A DNA stretch of 64,000 nucleotides from Camelus dromedarius (Eukaryota): NCBI RefSeq assembly GCF_036321535.1, contig NC_087436.1, positions 95,172,001 through 95,236,000 on the forward strand, read 5' to 3'. The first letter of the stretch is position 1; each line of letters starts with the position of its first letter. The notes beneath the pieces were generated by a model. That model did no database searches. It saw only the letters and a list, made by a program, of their open reading frames with translations, and was not told the origin of the DNA. The position numbers and the translations under genes are program-made. Positions 53,597-64,000 of this stretch are shown in pieces.

Positions 53597-53786
53597 CAGT
53601 GGTCTGCTGGAGCTAGTTTGTATAGGCTTATGGAAACCACTAGTTAAACATTCAGGAATTTTGCAAGCAGGTCAGTTGGTAGCTAGAAATGAATTACAGT
53701 GGAAATACTTATGCTGCAGATATTGTCTGGTGCTACAAATGAGGGTTTTTGGTTTTTTTGTAACTTGGTTTACCAGCACACAACTA
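53597..53786. mobile_element. MER63-like hAT MITE
   Basis: TIR-like ends cagtggtctgctgg ... ccagcacacaact; internal ttcaggaattttgcaagc. Confidence 0.65.
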
Positions 53787-54412
53787 AATGACAGGAATAG
53801 CAAAGAGAAAAGCAACTTACTTGTTTATATAAAAAGTACAAGAAGATCATGAAATAAAGACGTAAGCAATGAGCAAAGAAGTTTCCAAAAAGTCTGCCAG
53901 AGGGTTAGTATCAGTAACATAAAAAAGAACGTATAATTAAATAGTAAAAACATAATACTGATATAGAAATAGGCAAATGACATGAACAAGTAATTCACAA
54001 AAGTGATAGAAATTGTCAACAAACATGAAAAATCATCCAAGGCATTTATTCATTCCTTTCAGGAATTATTCTAAGGTGACAGTGAAAAAACACTCGGACC
54101 AAGATTGTGTACAAAGGTGCTTGTTGATGTTTTGTAAAACTGAAAGAGGGACCCTCCCTTCAGGTCAGTAGCTGGAGATGAGTCTGGCCTTTGCCTAAGA
54201 TTTACTCAGGTGGCAATTTAAAAAATTTGCTGGAAAGTTTTAAGTAGTTAGGGAGAATTAATTAAAAGCTAAATGTCTAAGTGATGCCATTTTTCAGTCC
54301 CAGCCAACTTCATAGGGCACAGTTTGAGGTCTGGGGTCAGTTGGAGAGAGGAATTGTGCTTTTCGCTGGGAGAGTAGGGAGGGAGGGAAGGAATGGAACA
54401 CAACCATGAGTA

Positions 54413-54596
54413 CAGCTGACCCTTGAACAATACGAATTTGAACTGCACTGGTCCACTTACACAGATTTTTTCAATACATAGCACTACACAGTTCTCGGCT
54501 GAATCCATGGTTGGGGAACCACAGATTGTAGGGCCCACTGTAAAGTTATATATGGGTTAGGTGCCCCTAACACCTGCTTTGTTCAATGGTTAACTG
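54413..54596. mobile_element. Tigger2-type (TcMar) MITE
   Basis: TIRs cagctgacccttgaacaa / ttgttcaatggttaactg flanked by TA. Confidence 0.85.
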
Positions 54597-54689
54597 TACT
54601 AACCCTGCTGTGAGAGGCACCTCCAAACCAGGGCACTGTGGTCAGAGCATTTGCTTTCTTCCCTGTTGACTAAGAAACCATACTCTCTA

Positions 54690-57600
54690 CCTCTTCCTGA
54701 TGAAAAACACTCAACACACTAGGAATAGATGGGAACTTCCACAGCCTGATAAAAAAGCATAGATGAAAAACTCACAGCTAACATCATACTTAATGGTGAA
54801 ATACTCAAAGTTGTCTCCCAAATTCGGAACCAGACAAGGATGTTTGCTCTCACCACTCCTGTTCCACGTTGTACTGGGAGTGCTAGCGACGGCAATCAGG
54901 CAAGAACGTGTTACAAAATCATCCATATCAGAAAAGAAGAAGATGACATTTTGCAGATAACATGATCTTGTTTGTAGAAAACACTAAAAAACTATTAGGC
55001 AATCTACAGATTTAGTGTGATCCCTATCAAGTTACCCAGGACATTTTTCACAGAACTAGAACAAATAATCCTAAAATTTATATGGAATCACTAAAGACTC
55101 AGAATTGCCAAAGCAATCCTGAAGAAAAAGAATGAAGCTGGAGGAATAACCCTCCCAGACATCAGTCAATTCTACAGAGCCACAGTAATCGAAACAGCAT
55201 AATATTGGTACAAAAAACAGACATATGGATCAATGGAACAGAATAGAGAGCCCAGAAATAAACACAGAGACTTTTGGGCAATTAATCTTTGACAGAGGAG
55301 GCAAGAATATACAATGGAGTAAAGACAGTCTCTTCAGCAAGTGGTGTTGGGAAAACTGGACAGCTGCATGTAAATCAATGAAGTTAGAATACTCCTCGGG
55401 GAGGATATAGCTCAAGTAGTAGAGCATATGCCTTGCATGCATAAGATCATGAGTTCAATCCCCAGTACCTCCTCTAAAAATAAGTAAATAAATGAACCTA
55501 ATTACCTACCCCCCAAAAATAAACTTAAGGGGAAGGTATAGCTCAAGTGGTAGAGTGCATGCTTAGCATGCATGAGGTCCTGTGTTCAGTCCTCAGTACC
55601 TCCTCTAAAAATAAATAAACTGAATTACCTCACCCACCCTGCCAAAATAAAATAATTAAATAATGCAATAATAAATAAAGTATTTTTTTTACTTAAAAAA
55701 AAAAAAAAAAGAATATTCCCTCACACCATACACAAAAATAAACTCAAAATGGCTTAAAGACTTAAACATAAGACTATAAACCTCTTAGGACAAAACATAG
55801 GCAAAACGTTCTCTGATAAAAATCTTAGCAATGTTCTCCTAGGACAGTCTACCCAGGCAATAGAAATAAAGGCAAAAGTAAACAGATGGGACCTAAGCAA
55901 ACTTATAAGCTTTTGCACAGCAAAGGAAACCATAAGCATAACAAAAAGAAAACCTACGGAATGGAAGAAAATATTTGCAAAAGATGAGACTGAGCTTAAT
56001 TTTCAGAAGATATAAACAGCTCATATAGCTTGTTAAAAAAAAAAACAAACCCAAACAAAGAAACAAACCAAACAATCCAATACAAAAATGGGCAGAAGAC
56101 CTAAACAAGCAATTCTCCAATGAAGATGTACAAATGGCCAATAAGCACATGAAAAAATGCTCACTATCACTAATTATCAGAGAAATGCAAATCAAAATTA
56201 CAATGAGGTATCACCTCACAGCAGTCAGAATGGCCATCATTCAAAAGTCCACAAATGATAAATGCTGGAGAGAGTGTGGAGAAAAGGGAATCCTCCTACA
56301 CTCTGTGGGAACATAGTTTTGTGTAGCAGTTATGGAAAACAGTATGGAGATTCCTCAAAAAACTAAAAATAGCCTTACCACTTGATCCAGCAATTCCACT
56401 CCTGGGCATATATCCAGGGGGAACTTTAATTCAAAAAGATACATGCACCCCAATGTTCATAGTAGCACTATTTACAATAACCAAGACATGGAGACAGCCT
56501 AAATGTCCATCGACAGATGACTGGATAAAGAAGCTGTATTCAATGGAATAATACTCAGCTATAAGAAATAATAAAATAATGCCATTTGCAGGAACATGGA
56601 TGGACCTGGAGATTGTCATTCTAAGTAAGCCAGAAAGACAAAGAAAAATATCATATGATATCATTTATATGTGGAATCTAAAAAAAAGACAAACTTATTT
56701 ATGAAACTGAAACAGACTCACAGACATAGAAAACTAACTTATGATTACTGGGGGGTGAAGGGGGTGGAAAGGGATAAATTAGGAGTTTGGGATTTGCAGA
56801 TACTAATTACTATATATAAAATAAATAAACAACAAGTTTATACTGTATAGCACATGGAACTATATTCAATTTCTTGTAGTAACCTATAATGAAAAAGAAT
56901 ATAAAAATGAATATATGTATATATATATGTATGACAGAACTATTATGCTGTACACCAGAAACTGACACAACATTGTAAGCTGACTATACTTTAATTTAAA
57001 AAAACTATTAGAACTAATAAGTTCAACAAGATTGCAAAAAAGATAAACAAATGACTAATATACACATGAAAAGATGCTCAATATCATTAGGTATCAAAGA
57101 AATGCAAATTAAAACAAAACCATAATGGCATATCGCTTTATTCCCAATAAGAAGGCTAGAATGAAAGTCAGATGATAAGAAGTGTTAGCAAGGATGTGGA
57201 GAAATTGGAGCCCTTATGCACTGCTGAGGGAAATGTAAAATGGTGCAGCTAGCCTGGAATGCCTCAAAAGGCTACACATAGTTTCCAGATGATGCAGCAA
57301 TTCCACACCTAAGTGTACACCCAAGAGAAAATATGTCTACCAAAAACTTGTACATGAATGTTCATATATTCATGACAGCCATAAGTGTAAACAACCCAAG
57401 TGTCCATCAACTGATGAATGGATAAATAAAATGTGGTATAACCATACAATGGAAAGTTATGTAGAAAAAAAAAATGAAATCCTGACACATGCTATAACAT
57501 GGATGAACCTTGAAAACACTAGGCTAAGTAAAAAAAAAAAAAAAAACACAAGGAACCACATAGTACATGATTCTATTTATATGAAATGTCCAAAATAGGC

Positions 57601-57800
57601 AAATCTATAAGAAATTAGTGCAATCTATAGTGGCTGTCTAGGGCTGGGGCATATGGGGCATTGAAGGGTGACAGCTAAGGGGTATGGTTCTTCTTTTTAG
57701 GGTGATGAAAATGTTCTAAATTGTGGTAATGGTTGCACAATTCTATGAATATACCTAGTCATTGAATTGTACACTTTAAGTGGGTGAAATATTCTATGGT
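54690..57800 (+). mobile_element. Old L1M element interrupted by a younger L1 (54999 to about 56998)
   Basis: [15 protein letters not shown] motif, ORF2 C-terminal peptides and two 3'UTRs; TSD aaaaaactattag around the inner L1. Confidence 0.85.
55398..55709 (+). mobile_element. Two tandem tRNA-derived SINEs (55398-55528 and 55529 to about 55690) inside L1 ORF2
   Basis: Each has a ggggag/aggntatagctcaagtngtagag A box and a gttcaatcc/gttcagtcc B box. Outer TSD agaatactcctc/agaatattccctc. Confidence 0.88.
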
Positions 57801-57802
57801 AG

Positions 57803-58183
57803 TGTCAGCGGTGGGAGGCTGATGTGGGGTTCTAGGAGGTAAGCGGCCCAAACGAAAAAATGCACGAGAAGTTGCCACACTGCTGGACAGTCTTCAGGCA
57901 GAGACACCATGGGGTTAACAACACTTTATTGCCACAGGGAGGTGCGCGCCTGTGATGCACCTGTCCTGCTTTTATCTGTTTTCGGTCAGCACACGCGTGG
58001 CCTGAGTTTCTTTGTTCATTAGGCTTACAGAACATCTCTAGCACATGCGTACTTCTATTTCCTTTGTTCTAAAGCTTATATAATTGACGCATGCGTGGAG
58101 CAACTATTTACTGCATCCTACAAACATGCTCTGATCGTGGCCTTGGGTCCCATGGCCTTAACTCATCTCAAGGCCAGCTCACA
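57803..58183 (-). mobile_element. Putative solo ERV LTR
   Basis: TG...CA ends, minus-strand AGATAAAA (57977-57970) followed by AATAAA (57930-57925), and locally many CpGs. No TSD seen. Confidence 0.45.
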
Positions 58184-59040
58184 GAGGGTATAGGAGGAAA
58201 CAGAGAAAGACAGAATATTGAAGTGAAAGATAATCTCAAGGCTTTTAGTTTAGGGAAGTTGGCCTTGCTCACTGTGGTAGAAAAGCTGATTCCAGCAAGA
58301 ATTGAGTCCAGCTTGTGACAGGACATCATGCAGTATTAGGCTGAGCACAAGCTCAGAGGAAAGACAGCTAGCATTTCTTAGTTTTATTTGTCTTGTTGTT
58401 TTGTTACTGTTATTGTTATTTTAAAAGACAAGAGTGGAGCTATCCGGTTGGATTTCTTGCGTGTGCTGACAACTAACCCACAGGAAGTGTCTTGGACCTT
58501 ATCCAAGGAAAGAGATTGTTAGACAGCATGTTTGTCACATGAAGATTTTTTAAAAATCACTTTTTGAAGAAAGTTTGAAATATCCATGGAAGAAAAAATT
58601 GAGCACCGGATTTTCTCTGAAAAGCAATTTGTCAGAAAAGACGTGATTAGCATGCATTTTATATTAGCACATGAGTGCTCTCTCTTTATGAATGAGTTTT
58701 AGCAAAAAGTACATCTTGACCCCTCCCTCGTTCCACTCTCAGTCATTTTTAATAGCGGCTTGATCAAAAGACAAGGAAAGCAAACCACCTGAAATACTTC
58801 AGACCGGTACTCCCACCTTCACCAGCACAGCTACAAGATAAGCATTTTGAATTCAGCCAATAAATCAACTGTGGGTTATTAACAGCACCTCCTTCACTTT
58901 GTTAGTGTGGACAATAGTGAGCTGACTAGTGGAATATGGAGAGCCATAAAGAAGTGGACCTATTTTAATGCAGGTTTATCAATTAACCAGACGGTTTTCT
59001 ACAGATGAATAGGAGAAAGCAGGTTTACACTGACTGTATA

Positions 59041-59187
59041 GTGTAATTTCGGTGGGATTCAGTAGATGGCACAAAAGAGCTTCCCCGCCCCCCTCTGCAA
59101 CATTAAATGTGGTTACCAAATAAATGTTTGAGGAAGTACTTGATTTTCCTACAGACTGCCAGCATGACAGAAGGACAGGTCATCTCG
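59041..59187 (+). promoter_or_regulatory. TLR1: TLR1 promoter and non-coding exon 1 (about 59151-59187)
   Basis: CTCF-like TCAGTAGATGGCAC (59059-59072), GC box CCCCGCCCCC (59083-59092), RUNX TGTGGT and PU.1/ETS GAGGAAGT (59130-59137). These precede ACAGACTGCC..., which resembles the recalled human TLR1 mRNA start, and the donor TCG|gtaagt. Confidence 0.72.
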
Positions 59188-59568
59188 GTAAGTGATATCT
59201 TTTTAAACTACAAAAGAAAATAATAGTATTACTAGTTATTAGACACAAAAATCTCACAAGTTTCTATGATTAAGTTCTGGGTGTTTTTCTAAGTGGCTTA
59301 TTTCTGTTGTGTACTCACTGTGGTTCGAACTAGCATTTGTTTATCAGCTCCTTGTCCTAAGTCAGAGAAAGGGTTTTTTTATGTGTGTTTTTCTCTTGAA
59401 TGGACCTCATCTCATGCGTGACTTGCTTTTGAGAGACGTATTTGGGTTGGCAGATGAATTTTGGGTCATAAATGTCTCCTCAAGGGTTTCTTACAGAGAT
59501 GCTAGTTGTTGATGGCAGGTGGCGTTGCTCCTCATCCAGTCGTCTCCCTTAGTCTCTTGGCCATGAGG

Positions 59569-59646
59569 ATGCCAAGGACAATGGGATGTAGGTAAATTAC
59601 TCCTGGAGTCAGTGCTGCTGAACACCACCTTTGTTTTTAGGGGCAG
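59569..59646 (+). other. TLR1: Candidate TLR1 5'-UTR exon 2 (5' boundary uncertain)
   Basis: ttactcctggagtcagtgctgctg...ttgttt...cag resembles the recalled human TLR1 leader; the donor cag|gttcat is weak. Confidence 0.4.
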
Positions 59647-61063
59647 GTTCATTTGAGCTTTTTCTCTGGGCTGTTCCCATGAGCTATTCTTTTCTGTTTT
59701 CTCAAACCACTGAAAATGCTCTGGGTTGCTCTACCAGTCAGGTGGCATGGTAGGCTTTGAAAATGTTTCCCAGGCTACACCCAATTTGATTCAAAGAGTT
59801 GAAAGTGAGTGCAACTTTACAACAGAAAGCAAACGTTCACAAAACCACAGAGGAAACAAAGCAGAAAAGCTCCTGAGTTGGTTCTGATCCTTTCAGCCTG
59901 TGGTTAATAGCTAGTTGGTGCAAAGAAGACTCTCAATAAATATTTGCAGGACTGAACTTAATGGCCAGATTGATTGCATGAGTATTGGCCATTAAGACAA
60001 GTCAAAGTCCTGATCTAATGCTCCTGAAGTCTCCAAACAGAGGCAATTCACCTGTATTGGTGCATTGAATCATACAAGGTGAGGCTAAACCTATCATAAT
60101 CATAAAAATTTACACAAGCCCACCAGAAATACTTTTATACTTTCAAATTAAAGCATCCTTTTACTGACCATGTTTGCAAATTAATAATTCTACTTGGTAG
60201 TAAAACAGTTTTGAGGCTCTACTATAGTTGAGATTCAGTGCTGATCATAGGACTTTCACAGAAAATACTGATTTTTCACTGATCTAGCAAGTTTGGTATA
60301 TACAATTTATAGCTCCTGTAAGTACCTAAAAATCAGTTCCTTGTGTGTATGACACTTTGACTTCTTAATTACAGAAATAATGATAGTTTCATAAACTGAG
60401 TGCTCCCAATAAGGACTCTAAATGAAAGGGCAAGATGGAGGTTGGGCAAATAGGAGATATCTGAGTCAATGATTTCAGCTAGATAGAAAACGGAAGCCAT
60501 GCTTTCATTAAATGCTTGAAGACAGGCAGTTTTATAAATGTAAATCTGTTGTGCTGGTTGCTTTTGGTAAGGAAACAGGAACAACGTTCATCTTGCTTGT
60601 GGTGGGTTCACTGTGTGTTAAGCACTCATGTTCATGCATGGAGTCCTATCTCTGCCCCTTGTCTCTCTGGACACTGTCTGTGTCCCATGCCTGACGATGC
60701 TGACCACGGCTTCCTTGAACTCTGGAGTTGGGTGGAAGGTAGAAAGATCCCCAGATTTTGATTCTGGCTTAGGAATAAGTAGGGAACCCCACTGGAACCA
60801 AGCCCAAACTGCTTTTACTTCAATTTACATTTTACGGCATAGTTCTGTTTTGAGATGTTAGGCACTGGCTCAGGCATGTTATCTGGATTTGAATTTGGAT
60901 TCTCATTGAAGCATTTCTCCTCGTATGAGTAGCTCTTTCAGGAATCTGGAGAGGAAGACTTGGGACATTTCTGGGTCTTTTGTCTAAATGCAATCAATGA
61001 GATAAAAATGCCACCCTTACTTTTAACATTCATTGTAATGTCTGTGTCCCCTTCTCTGCACAG

Positions 61064-61159
61064 AGTCTTCATGAGTGGTGATGGAGGGGCATCCCAACCC
61101 TCTTCTATGTTTGAAGAAGTCAGGACCACCAAGGCATCATCGGGCACCTCTGTGAAAGG
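61064..61159 (+). other. TLR1: TLR1 5'-UTR exon (96 nt)
   Basis: Acceptor cccttctctgcacag|AGTCTTCATG and donor AAAGG|gtaagt; resembles the recalled human TLR1 leader (GTCTTCATGA...GAAGAA.TCAGGA...GGGCACC). Confidence 0.72.
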
Positions 61160-61639
61160 GTAAGTCCAAGCAATGTCCCCGAAACCAGATAAATTTGCAT
61201 ATTGAGGAAATTTTGCAACCCAGGGTTGTTTCTGAGATGAATTATGTAGGTTCTTCTGTGCTTGTTGAGAGATGTGAGGGGACATGTGAAGAGGAATTTG
61301 ACTCTTCACTGATATTAATGGCTTGCTTGTCTAATGCAGTTCTAGGGGATTTTGAATTAGTTCCTTGAAAGATCTGTGTAGCCATGTAGTCCCTGCCGAG
61401 AGGGTCTGTGGTGGTGAGGCGGGATGTATCACTTTCTGGGGTTCATACCAGCAGAACTCCCTCTGGTCTCATGTGCCATTGGAATGGTGATAACAGGGTA
61501 GAATCTGAACTGTGGTGGGTTGACAACTGGTGCAACAAGCACAGCCTGGAATGATGCCTAGCGTTTTATAGGGAATACATATATACTTGATGAATGAAAG
61601 ATAAAAGGTTTTCTGAATAAGAGAGAGGAGGAAGCTGCT

Positions 61640-62200
61640 CCCATCTCAAAACCTTTCAGGGCTCACTGCCCCCTCATCACTCTTAGAATAGAAACCCAAC
61701 TCTTAGCAATCCTCTACACCCTGTGATCTTGGCCCTAACTCTCCTCACGCTCGCTCAGTCCATGCTAGCGCTGACCTCCTTACTGTGTCTCAGACAAACC
61801 CAGCTCAGCCCCATCCCAAGACCTTTGCGCCAGCCTTTTCATTTGTCAGAAATGCTTTTCCCCCAGATCTTCCCATAGATTATTCATTCGCTTCCTTCTA
61901 GTTTCTACTCCAATACCATCTTCTCAGAAAGGCCCTCTCTGACTAATCAATCTAGAAAAGCTACCACCAACCGCTGTTATATACCTACTGTTATTCTTGA
62001 TCGATTTACCCTGCTTTAATTTTCTATATAACACTTATCACTCCACGAAATTACGTTCAGTCATTTATTTGCCTATTTTCTGTCTCCCCACTAGATAATA
62101 AGCTCTTAAGAATTACAACTCTACCCACTTCACTGCTTTATCTCTAGTTCCTAAAACATGGTCAGAAGGTTATCAACAAACACTGGTTGAATAAATAAAT
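61640..62200 (+). mobile_element. L2 3' fragment
   Basis: accatcttctcagaaaggccctctctgac ... ttctgtctccccactaga ... ttgaataaataaat. Confidence 0.65.
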
Positions 62201-62466
62201 CAACAGATGAATGGACTTTGTGAGAGATCTTTTATCATGATCTAATTACCCTTTTAATAAGATCAAAGTTAGGTAGCAAATTGTGTGTAGGTAACAAAAG
62301 GTAATGCGAAAAGAATCCTAATTCACCTGCATGGGAAGGGAACTCTCAAGACAGCCATGGGGAGGTACATTTCCAAGGTGGAGGGTACACCAGCTGTGAT
62401 CCTAGTAATAAATGATCTTGAGAGTGCTGGGGTCAGAGGACTTTCCTGTGAATATGTAAAACCATC

Positions 62467-63650
62467 TGTATTAGTTTCCTGTGGCTATTGTAACAAATTA
62501 TCAGAACTTGGTGGCTTAAAACAACAGAAATTTGTTCTTTCATGGTCCTGGAGACCAGAAGTCCAAAATGAGGGTGTCAGCAGAGCCATACTCCGGAGCC
62601 TCTCTGGCATCTGCTGGCTGTCTGGCTCTTGGCATTCCTTGCCTTGTCAGTGTGTGGTTCCAATCTCTGCCTCTGTCTTCATATGGCCTTCTTCTCTTTG
62701 TCAGTGTTGTCTCTATCAAATATCTCTCTGCCTTTCTCTTTTTTATTTATTTTTGGTGGGGGGTGGTCATTAGGTTTATTTATTTAATTATTTTTGTAAT
62801 GGAGGTACAGGAGATTAAACCTAAGACCTCGTGCATGCTAAGCATGTGCTCTACCACTTGAGCTACAGCCTCCCCCCTTTTTAAAATGAATTTTTAATTC
62901 TTAAAATTTTTAATTATTATTTTTGATTCAAATGTAGTTGACGTACAATATTACATTAGTTCCAGGGTACTCATAATAATTTGACATCTACATACATTGT
63001 GAAATGATCACCACAACATGTCCAGTAACCATCTGTCCCCATACAAAGTTATTGCAGTATTACTGACCATACTCCTTATGCTCTATATTACATCCCTGTA
63101 ACATTTAGTATCTAACTGGTGGTTGGTACCACATAATCCCCTTCACCTATTTTGCCCTTCCTCCATTCCCCTCCCCTCAGCAACCACCCATTTGTTCTCT
63201 CTGTATCTGTGAGTCTGCTTTCATTTTATTTTGTTTGTTTTGTTATTTAGATTCCACATATAGGTGAGATCATGTGGTTTTTGTCTTTCTCTGTCTGACT
63301 TATTTCACTACCTTCTAGATTTATCCATGCTGCTGTAAGGCAAGATTTCACTTTTCTATGGCTGAGTAATATTCCATTGTATATATATACCACATCTTTA
63401 TCATTCACTTATTGATGGACACTTAGGTTCCTTCCATATCTTGGCAATTGTAAATAATGCTCCCTCTGCCTTTCTCTTATAATACTTGTCATTGGACTTA
63501 GAGACCACCTAGATAATCCAGAATCTTCTCATTTCAAGATTCTTAACTTAATTATCTCTACCAATACCCAATATTCAATTAGGAGATTAGGACATGGTTA
63601 GGAGGTGGATATATCTTTTGGGGGGGTGGGGGGCGTCCATTGCACATCCA
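62467..63650 (-). mobile_element. MLT1 LTR split by an L1 3' fragment (62741-63463) whose tail carries a tRNA-derived SINE (about 62745-62877)
   Basis: MLT start tgtattagtttcctgtggctattgtaacaaatta; perfect 15-bp TSD ctctgcctttctctt at 62726-62740 and 63464-63478; SINE A/B boxes on -. Confidence 0.85.
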
Positions 63651-63898
63651 TATTAAAAGTTATTTGATTAGATGTAGTATAATTACTTATCAGTGTATAT
63701 ATTTCCCTGATTTCAGGGTGTGGGACTCCAATGAGTGTAGCCTTCATTTTATGAGTCTCTAGTAAAAAAATGTTTAATGTCAGCCACCCCTAATTTAATA
63801 CAATCACTTAATGTGGATTTTTTTCCCCTAGGATCTGTATCTGTATCAAGATACTCTGAAGAATAGCAACTACCCTTGGGAATGTCTCTTGTTACAAA

Positions 63899-64000
63899 AT
63901 GACTAAAATGAAGTCTGGCATCTTCCATTTTGCCACCATCTTCATATTAACACTTGAGATCAGAATCCAATTATCTGATGAAAGTGAATTTTTAGTTGAT
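63899..64000 (+). CDS. TLR1: Toll-like receptor 1, first 34 codons (cut by the window end); the exon starts at 63832
   Basis: MTKMKSGIFHFATIFILTLEIRIQLSDESEFLVD matches the TLR1 N-terminus (IFHFAIIF...IRIQLSEESEFLVD). Acceptor ttttcccctag|GATCTG; tandem position downstream of TLR6. Confidence 0.93.
   Translation, partial: MTKMKSGIFHFATIFILTLEIRIQLSDESEFLVD

Noticed and set aside
60960..61163. 67-aa ORF as an independent small gene
   Set aside because: It spans the TLR1 intron/UTR-exon boundaries. Only the exonic part is retained, as the spliced uORF finding.

Overview
Mammalian genomic DNA, probably a camelid (tRNA-derived SINEs of vic-1 type; inferred). It covers the TLR6-TLR1 end of the TLR1-family cluster and the 5' end of the divergently transcribed FAM114A1. 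On the minus strand: the FAM114A1 CpG-island promoter (about 21.2-22.2 kb), the intronic miR-574 hairpin (21465-21560) and the first two coding exons (13694-13347, 3114-3027). On the plus strand: a candidate TLR6 non-coding first exon (about 32.2-32.3 kb), the complete single-exon TLR6 CDS (47351-49741, 796 aa), TLR1 5'-UTR exons (about 59.15, 59.6 and 61.1 kb) and the first 34 codons of TLR1 (63899 to window end). Much of the rest is interspersed repeat (L1 with readable TSDs, SINEs, MaLR LTRs, DNA-transposon MITEs, L2, MIR). Two observations stand out. (1) TLR6 and TLR1 both carry a 6-codon uORF that starts 17 nt before the main ATG and stops on it (ATGA overlap). (2) Both candidate first exons share a paralogous CTCF-like/RUNX promoter module at almost the same distance from the donor. 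Gene and repeat names come from recalled similarity, not from searches.
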